This document shows, piece by piece, positions 1-31,415 of a DNA stretch of 64,000 nt. This DNA is from Macrostomum lignano (taxonomy: Eukaryota), in NCBI GenBank assembly GCA_002269645.1, contig NIVC01003192.1, positions 1 through 64,000 on the forward strand. The letters run 5' to 3'. The translations under genes were made by a program, and so were the position numbers. Numbering within the stretch: the first letter of the stretch is position 1; the number at the start of each line of letters is the position of its first letter. A model generated the notes under the pieces. It was not told where the DNA came from and did not search any database. It saw only the letters and a program-made list of their open reading frames with translations.

Positions 1-55
1 TTTGATAATGAATCTCTGAATTCTCAGCAGGTACCCCAAAGACCTACAAACAGCT

Positions 56-341
56 AGCTACCGATATGTTGTGTACATTTTAGTTTATAGTTTGTTTTAT
101 AGTTTTAATACTATAGAGATAAGTATCTTCCGAACAGATTCGGAGCTACAGTGATTTAATAGGAGATTGTAAACTGCTGCGGTCAGCTACCGATATGTTG
201 TGTAATCTGCTTTGTAAATTAATAAAGAATTAAAAACGGTGTCTCAGACTATTGAGATAAGTATCTTCCAAATACGTCCAAAGCTACAGAATATGTAATA
301 GGAGACATAGACTACTGCGGACAGCTACCGATATGTTGCGC
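56..341. repeat. Degenerate ~138-bp tandem repeat (2 copies plus a partial one)
   Basis: AGCTACCGATATGTTG at 56, 185, 323; GAGATAAGTATCTTCC at 116, 254. Confidence 0.8.
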
Positions 342-430
342 AAATTAACTTGAATAAGAGATCAGTAGGAGCGGTGATACACTATAATCTCTATTTCTCT
401 ACTCCTACCTAATTTTTCTCGTCTTCCCTT

Positions 431-513
431 CAATGAATTGTCAACTCTAGTTGCTATGACAACATCAAAGCAATGAATTGTCAACTCTAGTTGCTATGAC
501 AACATCAAAGCAA
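431..513. repeat. Perfect 40-bp tandem duplication
   Basis: CAATGAATTGTCAACTCTAGTTGCTATGACAACATCAAAG twice. Confidence 0.9.
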
Positions 514-1029
514 AAGCTTTATTTTTAAACAGAACTTTTTTAGCTTGCTTGTTTTATTTATCATCAACTCGATTTTCTATAGCTTCAGTTGTTTGTTTTC
601 TTATTAACTTCTCGTGTCTTTTTTATTTAAATGGCGCCTTCTGTTACTATGGTAAGGATAGTTATTGTTAGTGAAGCTCAAATGCTACTATGATTTGTTT
701 TAATCAGAAACTACTCGACTTTTTTATAAAAATTTATAGTTCTAGTCACTGATTGACATGGAACAAATACGATCTAGCTTAGCCACGGAGTAACTGTGCC
801 TGTCTATGCGGTTTACGTAGTGCACTTTCTTCACCGCATGTAAGCCTTGCTGTTTACAAGTACAAATATAAATAATATTTAATCTCAGCACAAGCTCAAG
901 AACGTTATTTGATAAAAAAAATTCCTCAGATGTACTGTAGCTTATGCGAGCTTTCGTTTGTAATCTCTTTTTTATGTTATTTTCAAGCACGATTTTGTCA
1001 CTAACTGATTCATTGACTCATTGGCTCGA

Positions 1030-1362
1030 TTATTAGCTAACTCATTAGCTGACTCACTGACTGACTTGAGTAAGTGGTTGGGTGGACGGGTGACTCACTG
1101 ACTCATTCACTGGCTCACTCACTGATTGACTCACTCACTCACTAACTCACTCACTCACTCACTCACTCACTAACTCACTCACTGATTGACTCACTCACTC
1201 ACTAACTCACTCACTCACTCACTCCCTCACTCACTCACTAACTCGCTCACTCTCTCACTCACTCATTCACTCACTAACTCGCTCACTCTCTCACTCACTC
1301 ACTCACTTACTCGCTCACTCACTCACTCACTCACTCACTCACTCACTCACTCACTCACTGTC
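1030..1362. repeat. (ACTC)n microsatellite
   Basis: Direct observation. Confidence 0.93.
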
Positions 1363-1899
1363 TACTGACCATAACGGGCAACAGCTTATTTTAGCTGGCA
1401 TAATCTGGCATTGCTACTAGACCAACTATATAGTAGTATAATAAGAGAATATTATTTTCTTCTGCGCCTAATTTACATAGTAGAGCCTTCTCCAAGCTTT
1501 GCTGTCTAATATCTCTCGTGTTGTCATTGAGTTTGTTCGTCTGTCAAAACAGAACTGCCCCAGGTAAATCCCCCCAGCGACATCTGATTAATGGCCGGCG
1601 GAATGCAATTTTTCTTCATTTATTATTAGCTTGTGGGAAAACTCTGGATACCAACGGAGAGAGGCTTTAAGAAGATCCCCCAGAGGATTTCAACTGGCTT
1701 AGGGATGATAGAAGAATGCGCTGCCTCTGTAATCCCATCCGCACCTGCTCTGTTTGAGTCGGAGAACTCGGACGGGCATTCACGTCCATCATATTTGTGG
1801 TTCTGCCCTCGGCTGCTTTCTCGTGTCTGATTGTTTTTGTTATTTTAGCTAGTCGGTGCGAATATGAAGCAGATGAATGAAAGCGATTCGCCGCAGTTG

Positions 1900-2390
1900 G
1901 ACAGACAGACAGTCAGACAGACAGACAGGCAGGCAGAGACAGATAGACAGGCAGACAGACAGACAGACAGACAGACAGGCAGACAGACAGACAGACAGAC
2001 AGGCAGGCAGACAGATAGACAGGCAGACAGACAGATAGACGGGCAGACAGACAGAGACAGACAGACAGACAGATAGACAGGCAGACAGACAGAGACAGAC
2101 AAACAGACAGACAGACAGATAGATAGATAGACAGGCAGACAGAGACAGACAGACAGACAGACAGAGACAGACAGGCAGACAGCCAGACAGATAGACAGGC
2201 AGACAGTCAGACAGAGAGACAGACAGAGACAGACAGACAGACAGACAGACAGATAGATAGACAGGCAGACAGACAGAGACAGACAGACAGGCAGACAGAC
2301 AGAGACAGACAGACAGACAGACAGGCAGACAGACAGCCAGACAGACAGATAGACAGGCAGACAGAGAGACAGACGGACAGACAGACAGAC

Positions 2391-2431
<41 letters not shown>

Positions 2432-2530
2432 TAGACAGACAGACAGATAGATGGACAGACAAAAAGACAGTTTTACAGACGTGCGGTAAGGCAAGGCAGA
2501 CGCAAAGACAAACACTAACAGACAGCCAGA
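1900..2530. repeat. (GACA)n compound microsatellite
   Basis: Direct observation. Confidence 0.95.
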
Positions 2531-3135
2531 CAGTCCGGTTGGACAAACGTCTGCCCACTCAGATTTACCAGCTTAACAGTCAAACTGATTGCAAGACAGA
2601 TAATTGCAGATATGCGGACGGTAAGGCGGTTTTACAATTCAAGACTGACATCCTGGACAATAAAATCAATTGGATATTTGACTCCCGCTACTTATCTAAG
2701 GGATTTCATGTTTACGACAGCAACGTCAGATTGAGAGAAAGTCAGTTAAGATCAGGAAGAATTGTTTTTTTCATCCGAGTCGTCTTCTCAGCTGGTTTCT
2801 CCATCCTTGCCTCCTCTTTACAACTCAGGAAATCCCCTGCCCGACTGTTATCTATCAGATGCCCTTCCCAAACAGACCGATGGGCCATCGCATATCGAGC
2901 CCCTCTCGGCTTGCTTAGCAAGTCACTGAGAACTGGCTGACTCTGCATGAATCATCGCTGATCGGCTGTTAGTCCTGCGCCCATAGTCTTAGTGCAAGGG
3001 CAAGTACATGTACACGGAAGGATTTGTAAGATCTTTTAGTTTTAGTCTCAACTTTCAGATCCAATCAAAGTTTATTATTTTCTTTTTTCTTGCCAATACA
3101 TCTAGTAAATAACCAGACCGACGGATAGTAAAAAA

Positions 3136-4240
3136 AGACAGACTGACAGACAGACAGACACTAAGACAGACAGACAGACTGACTGACTGACAGACAGACA
3201 GAAAGACAGACAGACTGACAGACACTAAGACAGACACTAAGACAGACAGACAGACTGACAGACAGACAGAAAGACAGACAGACTGACAGACACTAAGACA
3301 GACACTAAGACAGACTGACTGACTGACAGACAGACAGAAAGACAGACAGACTGACAGACACTAAGACAGACTGACTGACTGACGGACAGACAGAAAGACA
3401 GACAGACTGACAGACACTAAGACAGACACTAAGACAGACTGACTGACTGACAGACAGACAGAAAGACTGACAGACACTAAGACAGACACTAAGACAGACT
3501 GACTGACTGACAGACAGACAGAAAGACAGACAGACTGACAGACACTAAGACAGACTGACTGACTGACAGACAGACAGAAAGACAGACAGACTGACAGACA
3601 CTAAGACAGACACTAAGACAGACTGACTGACTGACAGACAGACAGAAAGACAGACAGACTGATAGACACTAAGACAGACACTAAGACAGACTGACTGACT
3701 GACAGACAGACAGAAAGACAGACAGACTGACAGACACTAAGACAGACTGACTGACTGACAGACAGACAGAAAGACAGACAGACTGACAGACACTAAGACA
3801 GACACTAAGACAGACTGACTGACTGACAGACAGACAGAAAGACAGACAGACTGACAGACACTAAGACAGACACTAAGACAGACTGACTGACTGACAGACA
3901 GACAGAAAGACAGACAGACTGACAGACACTAAGACAGACACTAAGACAGACTGACTGACTGACAGACAGACAGACAGAAAGACAGACAGACTGACAGACA
4001 CTAAGACAGACTGACTGACTGACAGACAGACAGAAAGACAGACAGACTGACAGACACTAAGACAGACTGACTGACTGACAGACAGAAAGACAGACAGACT
4101 GACAGACACTAAGACAGACACTAAGACAGACTGACTGACTGACAGACAGACAGAAAGACAGACAGACTGACAGACACTAAGACAGACAGACAGACAGACA
4201 GACTGACTGACAGACAGACAGAAAGACTGACTGACTGACT

Positions 4241-4323
<83 letters not shown>

Positions 4324-4420
4324 TGACAGACAGACAAACAGAAAGGCAGGCAGGCACACAGACAGTCAGACAGACTAAGACAGACTGACTGACTGACAGA
4401 CAGACTAAGACAGACACACT
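3136..4420. repeat. (GACA/GACT)n microsatellite with GACACTAA higher-order units
   Basis: Direct observation. Confidence 0.95.
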
Positions 4421-4911
4421 GACAGACTGTCTCAAATATAATTTTGTCTCAAATAAATATTTCAGTGGTGTCTCGAACTTCTATTAAAAATGAATGCAAC
4501 ACCGAACCATGGTAAAGATAGAAACATGCATCTCTATCTGCTGACCTTACTCGCTTCTGCATGTATCTACTCAACTATCTGATCAGCCACTCCCCTGCCT
4601 CTCTCCGCTGTCAGTCTCTGTCCACTCGGCCGTGCAGTTGGCTACGCATGGCAGCCTTTTAATTTACATGCAAATCCTGGCCAAGGTAGCGAGCCTCAGC
4701 CACTGAGTCGCTCTTCCGCGACGCACAAGTTTTGATAGCATTGTAGAATAAACAGGGAAGCGGCTTATTTGTTTAGCCGTGCATGTTTTTCAAGCGCGAT
4801 GAGGAAGACGCGAGCTCGGTCAGCGTCAATAGGTTTTTTCTGAGGCTGCCATGGGAGGGATTCCTTGCGGGATTAAGCGAGTGTCCTAGCTGTATCACTT
4901 CATTGATGGGG

Positions 4912-5452
4912 CACCCTCTGCAGTGCTATGATACCCTCTGCAGTGTTATGGCGCCCTCTGCAGTGCTATGATACCCTCTGCAGTGCTATGATACCCTCTG
5001 CAGTGTTATGGCGCCCTCTGCAGTGCTATGATACCGATACCCTCTGCAGTGCTATGATACCCTCTGCAGTGTTATGGCGCCCTCTGCAGTGCTATGATAC
5101 CCTCTGCAGTGCTATGATACCCTCTGCAGTGTTATGGCGCCCTCTGCAGTGCTATGATACCCTCTGCAGTGCTATGATACCCTCTGCAGTGTTATGGCGC
5201 CCTCTGCAGTGCTATGATACCCTCTGCAGTGCTATGATACCCTCTGCAGTGCTATGATACCCTCTGCAGTGCTATGATACCCTCTGCAGTGTTATGGCGC
5301 CCTCTGCAGTGCTATGATACCCTCTGCAGTGCTATGATACCCTCTGCAGTGCTATGATACCCTCTGCAGTGCTATGATACCCTCTGCAGTGCTATGATAC
5401 CCTCTGCAGTGCTATGATACCCTCTGCAGTGCTATGATACCCTCTGCAGTGC
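4912..5452. repeat. 20-bp minisatellite CCCTCTGCAGTGCTATGATA
   Basis: About 27 copies, periodic GTTATGGCG variant. Confidence 0.95.
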
Positions 5453-6104
5453 TTAAACTCTCAGATTGCTGGCATACCTCTCGCCTTTCCCAAGCAATAG
5501 GTCCTGCCACAAACCTTATTCAAATGAATTAAAGTGGGGATTACTTGGGCACTGGCTGAAGTGGGATTAACGCTTAACTGCTACTAGAGAGACAGAGAGA
5601 CAGTCAGAGCGTACAAAATAAAAGGTCAAGAGCTAATACGGGTGGGTCCCAGTCATTTTTTACTTCTATGCAGGCACCGCAGTTCGAACTGCGGGTTGTT
5701 TTAAATCTGCTCCTATCTACAGGTTGCTCCCAGCCTATATTCTCCTAACAACTGGCATTTTCTTAATAGGCGCGGGTCGCTTGTGGACCGCGGATTTCTG
5801 GGTTTGCAATGGAAGGCGGAGCCACAGCGCTACCACCCTGACATCCTGGCGCTGTTCCAGCTTCCAGTTCTGAATCAACAATGCAAACTGTTTTCAGTTA
5901 ATAATATAAAGCCACAGGTAGATCAAGGAGTTTATGAGCCTTGAATCTGGAGTGACCAACTCCTCAATAATTCTGCTGATTACGACTTATAAACTGAAAT
6001 GCGAAATTATTATCAATTAAATTAAAATTTGACGGGAAACTTGCAGTCACCCTAAGGAACGTGGACCAGAGATGGAGATGGCTAGAGGAGACCCTTGGCG
6101 CTAA

Positions 6105-6548
6105 CATCTAGTCAGCGGCGCTAATCTAGTCTTTAGCGCTGAAATCTATTGTGGCGCTAACATCTAGTCTGTGGCGCTAAAATCTAGTCAGCGACGCTAT
6201 AAAATCTAGTCTGTGGCGCTAATATCTAGTCTGTGTAGTCTGTGGCGCTAATATCTAGTCTGTGTAGTCTGTGGCGCTGAAATCTAGTCTGTGGCGCTAA
6301 CATCTAGTCTGTGACGCTAAAATCTAGTCTATGACGCTAAAATCTAGTCTATGACGCTAAAATCTAGTTTGTGGCGCTAAAATCTAGTTTGTGGCGCTAA
6401 AATCTTGTTTGTGACGCTAAAATCTAGTCTATGACGCTAAAATCTAGTCTATGACGCTAAAATCTAGTTTGTGGCGCTGAAATCTAGTCTGTGACGCTAA
6501 AATCTAGTTTGTGGCGCTAAAATCTATTCTGTGGCGCTAAAATCTAAT
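6105..6548. repeat. 20-bp minisatellite GCGCTAAAATCTAGTCTGTG
   Basis: Direct observation. Confidence 0.93.
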
Positions 6549-7269
6549 CTCCAGTGACGCCTTTGTGAGCCTGCAGTTGTCTATAAATAGCTGCAGATCT
6601 GGGAAGGATTTCTAACCCCAGACAGTGATTCCGGGGCCTCCTTGGACTAAGACTTGGACCAAACGGAAAATAAGTGTTGTGCTTTTTTTGCAAAACCATC
6701 GCGGGCCATAGAGGATACCGCAAGCGGCTGGTCCGCGCATCGGGCAATCAAGAGCCCCGGGACCAGCTGTTCCGATAAAATGCAGACACAGAGAGAGAGA
6801 GGAGGCAGGGCGGAGTCGTACGCGCCAGGTCTGCATCAGCAAAATAGCAAAAGCAAAGTATATTACAGTCGATTGGCAGTCCTCGGAATGCGGAACGCGT
6901 GGCTGCCCCTGGGCCTGGCGGGATGTTCAAAAGAATTCAATAGAGAGACGCGCCTTGCTGCCCCGTCCGCTTACCGCAATCCTAGCAGCGGCAGTTTAAA
7001 ACTGATTATTATTTAGTTGTCTAAAACTTGCTTCTGCAGCAACCGCCGATTTTTATAAATGCTTTGCGGCGGCGTTCCGGTCAGCGGAACCCGTTTGAAA
7101 TCCCTGTGTGTAGCTTTGGAAATCGTAGTTACTAGCTCGTATTTAATTAAATGACTTGACTGTTCTTAAAAACACCCACGTACTTTATTAGAAAACTAAT
7201 TAGAACAACTAGCAACAGATTCCGAACATAATCCCGTAAACTTTACCAGAATTGGCCTATGAAAATATA

Positions 7270-7980
7270 GTCTGAAAATCTCCCCTTAAATCTTATAAAA
7301 ATATCCCCATGAATCTCCCAAACACCTCAAAATCTCCCCAGGAATCTCCCGAAAATATCCTCATTGATCTATAGAAAATCTCCCCATGAATCTCTCTCTC
7401 AATAATCTTCCCATGGATCTATCGAAAATCTCACTATGAATCTCTTAAAAATCTCCCCACAAATCTCCCGAAAATCTCTCCATGAATCTCCCGAAAGTAT
7501 CCCATGGATCTATAGAAAATCTCCCTATGAATCTCCCGAAAATCTCTCCAAGAATCTCTCGAAAATCTCCCCATAAATCACCCGAAAATCTCCCCAAGAA
7601 CCTCCCGATAATCTCTCCAAGAATCTCCCGAAAATCTCCCAAGAATCTCCCGAAAATCTCCCCAAGAATCTCCCGAAAATCTCTCCAAGAATCTCCCGAA
7701 AATCTCCCCAAGAATCTCCCGAAAATCTCCCCAAGAATCTCCCGAAAATCTCTCCAAGAATCTCCCAAAAATCTCCCCAAGAACCTCCCGATAATCTCTC
7801 CAAGAATCTCCCGAAAATCTCCCCAAGAATCTCCCGAAAATCTCCCCAAGAATCTCCCGAAAATCTCTCCAAGAATCTCCCGAAAATCTCCCCAAGAATC
7901 TCCCGAAAATCTCCCCAAGAATCTCCCGAAAATCTCCCCAAGAATCTCCCGAAAATCCCCATAGATATCTCGAAAATCTC
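7270..7980. repeat. 23-bp minisatellite AATCTCCCGAAAATCTCCCCAAG
   Basis: Direct observation. Confidence 0.93.
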
Positions 7981-8699
7981 GCCACAAATGAGTGCTTCCG
8001 GTGTCTGGCACTAACAATATCCCCAATTCATTCAACCCATTAATATCCCACCTGTTGTCCAGCCAGAATGCCTGCATTTGCCTCCATCTGTGCAGCCGGA
8101 ATCTCCCAAAAAAACGCGACCCCACGCGCCCCACAGCAAACAAACACTCATTTAGCCGATCCAATTCAAGATAAAAAAACGGCGAATCCCCAAAAAATTA
8201 GTCGACCATATTGGGCCGCCGGCCTCTTCAATCGAAATGCTAAACGTGCGTGTAATTTTCCTGCGCTGGTCCGCTGGCTGGGCCAAGTGAGCAATATATC
8301 AAAAAGTTGTATATACCGCTGCTGTATCTTAAACCGCCATATTCAACCCTTTTTAATACCGCGACAGTTTTATTGGCCTACAATCGGGGGGATTGCGGCA
8401 GGCTGGCTGCATTGGCAGGGTGTTTCAGCTGTTGAAAAAATCTGTCTCTCAGATAATTATTTCGTATGCGGCCGCGACTCCCCGCTGGGAGCGTGATAGA
8501 TATTATCGATCGGGTGGGGGGGGGCTCCTGATATCGCCTAAAACCTCAAATAAAGTCCGCTATTTAGTTCTCAACTCAGTCACAGACCTGGCTGTGTGAG
8601 TGAGACTTTCCGTCAAAGTTTAAAAGCATATGGCTGTGCAATACGCGGAATTTGAGTTAATTAATTAAACATTCACGTTTATACAACTTTTATGTTGTA

Positions 8700-9460
8700 T
8701 CGAATCCCCCAGCTTCACAATCCCCCAGCTTCACAATCCCCCAGCTTCACAATCCCCAAGCTTCACAATCCTCAAGCTTCACAATCCTCAAGCTTCACAA
8801 TCCCCAAGCTTCACAATCCCAAGCTTCACAATCCTCAAGCTTCACAATCCCCAAGCTTTACATCCCCAAGCTTCACAATCCCCAAGCTTCAAAATCCTCA
8901 AGCTTCACAATTCTCAAGCTTCACAATCCTCAAACTTCACAATCCTCAAGCTTCACAATCCCAAGCTTCACAATCCCTAAGATGCACAATCCCCAAGCTT
9001 CACATCCCCAAGCTTCACAATCCCCAAGCTTCACAATCCCCAAGCTTCACAATCCTCAAGCTTCACAATCCTCAAGCTTCACAATCCTCAAGCTTCACAA
9101 TCCCCAAGCTTCACAATCCCAAGCTTCACAATCCTCAAGCTTCACAATCCCCAAGCTTTACATCCCCAAGCTTCACAATCCCCAAGCTTCAAAATCCTCA
9201 AGCTTCACAATTCTCAAGCTTCAAAATCCTCAAGCTTCACAATCCCCCAGCTTCACAATCCTCAAACTTCACAATCCCTAAGCTTCACAATCCCTAAGCT
9301 TCACAATCCCTAAGCTTCACAATCCCCAAGCTTCACAATCCCCAAGCTTCACAATCCTCAAGCTTCACAATCCTCAAGCTTCACAATCCTCAAGCTTCAC
9401 AATCCCCAAGCTTCACAATCCCCAAGCTTCACAATCCCCAAGCTTCACAATCCCAAAGCC
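8700..9460. repeat. 16-bp minisatellite AAGCTTCACAATCCCC
   Basis: Direct observation. Confidence 0.95.
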
Positions 9461-10430
9461 AAACTTCTAAAAAAGTATTAACTGAATTAGTTTGGAACAC
9501 CAGAAACCCTTTCGGTGAAGCTTCTTCAGTGCTCACGAGCAGCAAGAATGAATATCCTTGCTCTCAAAGCAGTTGAACAAATTTTATTTTTTGGAGTGGG
9601 GCAGAAAGGTTTACAATCTGCGTGGGCAAAATCAGACATCAGTTCAACTAAGAGGGTTTAGGATTATTTAGTATATTTATGAGCTGTACTAATTATCTTT
9701 TATTCAACAAGTTGATAAGCAATAGCCGACCGACATCAACTGAGAATCGGCTGCTGGGCAACACATTTCTAGAGCAATTTCAATTTGACTTTCGTACTGC
9801 AGTCACGTGTTTATATATGCTGTAGTTTATAGTATGTATAGTAATATTAGTAATTGTAATAGTAATAATAATAATAACAGCAATATTCAGAGCCGACCAC
9901 AGACGAGAGGCAGAGTTTTACGTGACTAAAAAACAAAAAACACGCACGTTGAACAAACAAACAAATTTAACGCGAGCAAAATTCAATCAAATTTGTTATA
10001 ATAAATCTGTACAGGGCAATGGCAGTTATTCAGTTGCTAGCTGTGGCGGCAGGCGACCAACATGTGGGACTCGGGGGCCGGTGTGTCTGTGTGTGTATTT
10101 AAACTAGGGTATCTATCTAAAATAGTAAGTTAAGGAAAACATTCGACAGGTGCTTTGACAGAATTATATACGCATGTATGTATATAAGCTCTCTGAAAAT
10201 GAACCCTATTGTTTTATCAAATGAAATTTCCACACAAATAGCAAACAGCAGCAAAGAATGAATCACATTTAACACCGAGTGACGCTCTCTACCCCGTGTA
10301 TGCAGTGTTTAGACATGTAATTATAATGTAATAATTTAATAACTCTGTTTTAACGGAGCAACGGTTCCGGCAGTGCTGGCAGGGTGCCGGTCTTGCAGTT
10401 CCTCGGGACGTGTCGGCGTCAGTCTGTCCG

Positions 10431-28937
<18,507 letters not shown>

Positions 28938-28974
28938 GTGAACAGGAAATGGGGGACTTGCGTGTGACGGGACA

Positions 28975-29125
28975 GAGAGAGAGAGTGTGTGTGTGTGTGT
29001 GTCTGTTCCCGGGCCTGTTGATGGCTCAGCTGTCAGCTCAAGTCTGGTCAGATGAAGTCGGACTTGACGGGGGGAAGAAGACAGTCGAGAGTGAGAGAGA
29101 GAGAGGGGGGGAAGAGATCGAGAGT
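28975..29125 (-). promoter_or_regulatory. GA/GT-repeat-rich 5' UTR or proximal promoter region of Meis
   Basis: GAGA and GT tracts immediately upstream of the ATG at 28937; function inferred only. Confidence 0.3.
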
Positions 29126-30227
29126 GAGAGGATTTCGCGGCTCGACCGTCTAGCGAGAGGTTAATTATTATTGACGAGCGCCAGTCGGGGCTTGTGCTTG
29201 CAAGTGGGGAGGCGCGACTGTCAAAATGTATAATAAAATGTCAAAATTTATACTCGCTTTCTTGACACGGCCTGTCCCGCAGCGGGGCTGGAGAGGAGAG
29301 AAATAGAAAGACTGAAGGGGGGCTCGGAGAGAGGAGGGGGCGGCGGGTTGGTGGAACAGACTGGCTCGGGGCCTTGCCCGGCTTTCGCGAAAGCAGAGGT
29401 TGGCGGGCAGCACAGTGCACAGCCAATGGCAGAGGCTGGTGAGGCTCTGGCCCAGCCAACCAGAGAGCTGTCTAACCGATCCCACTCTTCCCTCATTTAT
29501 CCCCTCCGCATTCCCCACACTAGCAAATATTCCTGCACAGTTGAATGTGGGAGTCTTTAATCCGCCATCTGGAGAGTCTAAACTGCTTCAATAATAATTT
29601 TTGGTGCTGAGTTTCTTCTCTGTCGGTGGGTGGGTGACTCTGACCGCTCTGTCTCTTACCCTTGGCTTACTTCTATTAAGACCGATCGCATACAGTCACA
29701 AACTTACTGTCACCCCCCCCCGTGGTCTCCCGGTATAGCACAAAAGCACCCCTTTACCCGGCCGGCCGGAGTAGCAGACGGTCAGTTGAGCAGCAGACGA
29801 CTGTATTTTCCAGCTCAAGCCCGCACCGCACCCTCTCTCTCTCTGTGTGTGTGATGATACCGCTCTTAATTTATAAAGCAATAGCTTATAATAATAACTT
29901 AGCCACTGGCCCTGACAGACCGCCCGCTGTGTGCTACAGACACAATGCTATGGATATATGAGCTCTGTGTAGGACAATTGACCAGCTCTTTCTCTATCTG
30001 TCTGACTAAGCTGATTTAAATAATTCTTTCTTATCCTCTGCTATGGTACTTAGTCTTGTATTGGCCTATTTTTCAGCTGCACCATCTTTTCTTATGTATT
30101 AGAAAAAAAACAAGAGTCGGTCTGTCTGATGCCTCACGGGTCTGACTTTACCCTATCAGACTGTATTTCTAGCCTTGTGTGGCTCTTCTTGTGGTGTGAA
30201 TTTGTCGGAATCTTTTTTATAGAATTT

Positions 30228-31415
30228 GGGGCGCCGAAGTTATCATTGGGGGGCGCCGAAGTTATCATTGGGGGGCGCCGAAGTTATAATTGGGGGCGCC
30301 GAAGTTATCATTGGGGGGCGCCAAAGTTATCATTGGGTCGCCGAAGTTATCATTGGGTCGCCGAAGTTATCATTAGGGCGCCGAAGTTATCATTAGGGCG
30401 CCGAAGTTATCATTAGGGCGCCGAAGTTATCATTAGGGCGCCGAAGTTATCATTAGGGCGCCGAAGTTATCATTGGGTCGCCGAAGTTATCATTGGGGGG
30501 CGCCGAAGTTATCATTGGGGCGCCGAAGTTATCATTGGGGGGCGCCGAAGTTATCAGTGGGGGGGCGCCGAAGTTATTATTGGGGGGGGGGCGCCGAAGT
30601 TATTATTGGGGGGGGGGGCGCCGAAGTTATTACTTTGGTGCTGAATTTATCATTGGGGGCGTCGAAATTATCATTGGGGGCGCCGAAGCTATCATTAGGG
30701 CGCCGAAGTTATCACTGGGTCGCTGAAGTTATTATTACGGCGCTGAACTTATCATTAGGGCCTAGGTCGCTGAAGTTATTAATACGGCGCCGAAGTTATC
30801 ATTAGGGCGCCGAAGTTATCATTAGGGCGCCGAAGTTATCATTAGGGCGCCGAAGTTATCATTAGGGCGCCGACAGGGACATTGGGACGCCGGCAGTGAT
30901 ATTAAGGCGCCGACAGGGACATTGGGGCGCCGGCAGTGATATCAAGGCGCCGACAGGGACATTGGGGCGCCGGCAGTGATATTAAGGCGCCGACAGGGAC
31001 ATTGGGGCGCCGGCAGTGATATCAAGGCGCCGACAGGGACATTGGGGCGCCGGCAGTGATATTAAGGCGCCGACAGGGACATTGGGGCGCCGGCAGTGAT
31101 ATTAAGGCGCCGACAGGGACATTGGGGCGCCGGCAGTGATATCAAGGCGCCGACAGGGACATTGGGGCGCCGGCAGTGATATTAAGGCGCCGACAGGGAC
31201 ATTGGGGCGCCGGCAGTGATATTAAGGCGCCGACAGGGACATTGGGGCGCCGGCAGTGATATCAAGGCGCGGACAGGGACATTGGGGCGCCGGCAGTGAT
31301 ATTAAGGCGCCGACAGGGACATTGGGGCGCCGGCAGTGATATTAAGGCGCCGACAGGGACATTGGGGCGCCGGCAGTGATATTAAGGCGCCGATAGGGAC
31401 ATTGGGGCGCCGAGC
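30228..31415. repeat. Bipartite GGCGCC-cored array: ~20-bp units (30228-30865) then 40-bp dimeric units (30866-31415)
   Basis: GGCGCCGAAGTTATCATTAG, then GGCGCCGACAGGGACATTGGGGCGCCGGCAGTGATATTAA. Confidence 0.95.

Noticed and set aside
5677-5694. 18-bp perfect palindrome CCGCAGTTCGAACTGCGG with a B-box-like GTTCGA
   Set aside because: No A-box or tRNA cloverleaf nearby; isolated.
30866-31415. CRISPR-like appearance of regular arrays
   Set aside because: Units are contiguous repeats without unique spacers, there are no cas genes, and the context is eukaryotic.
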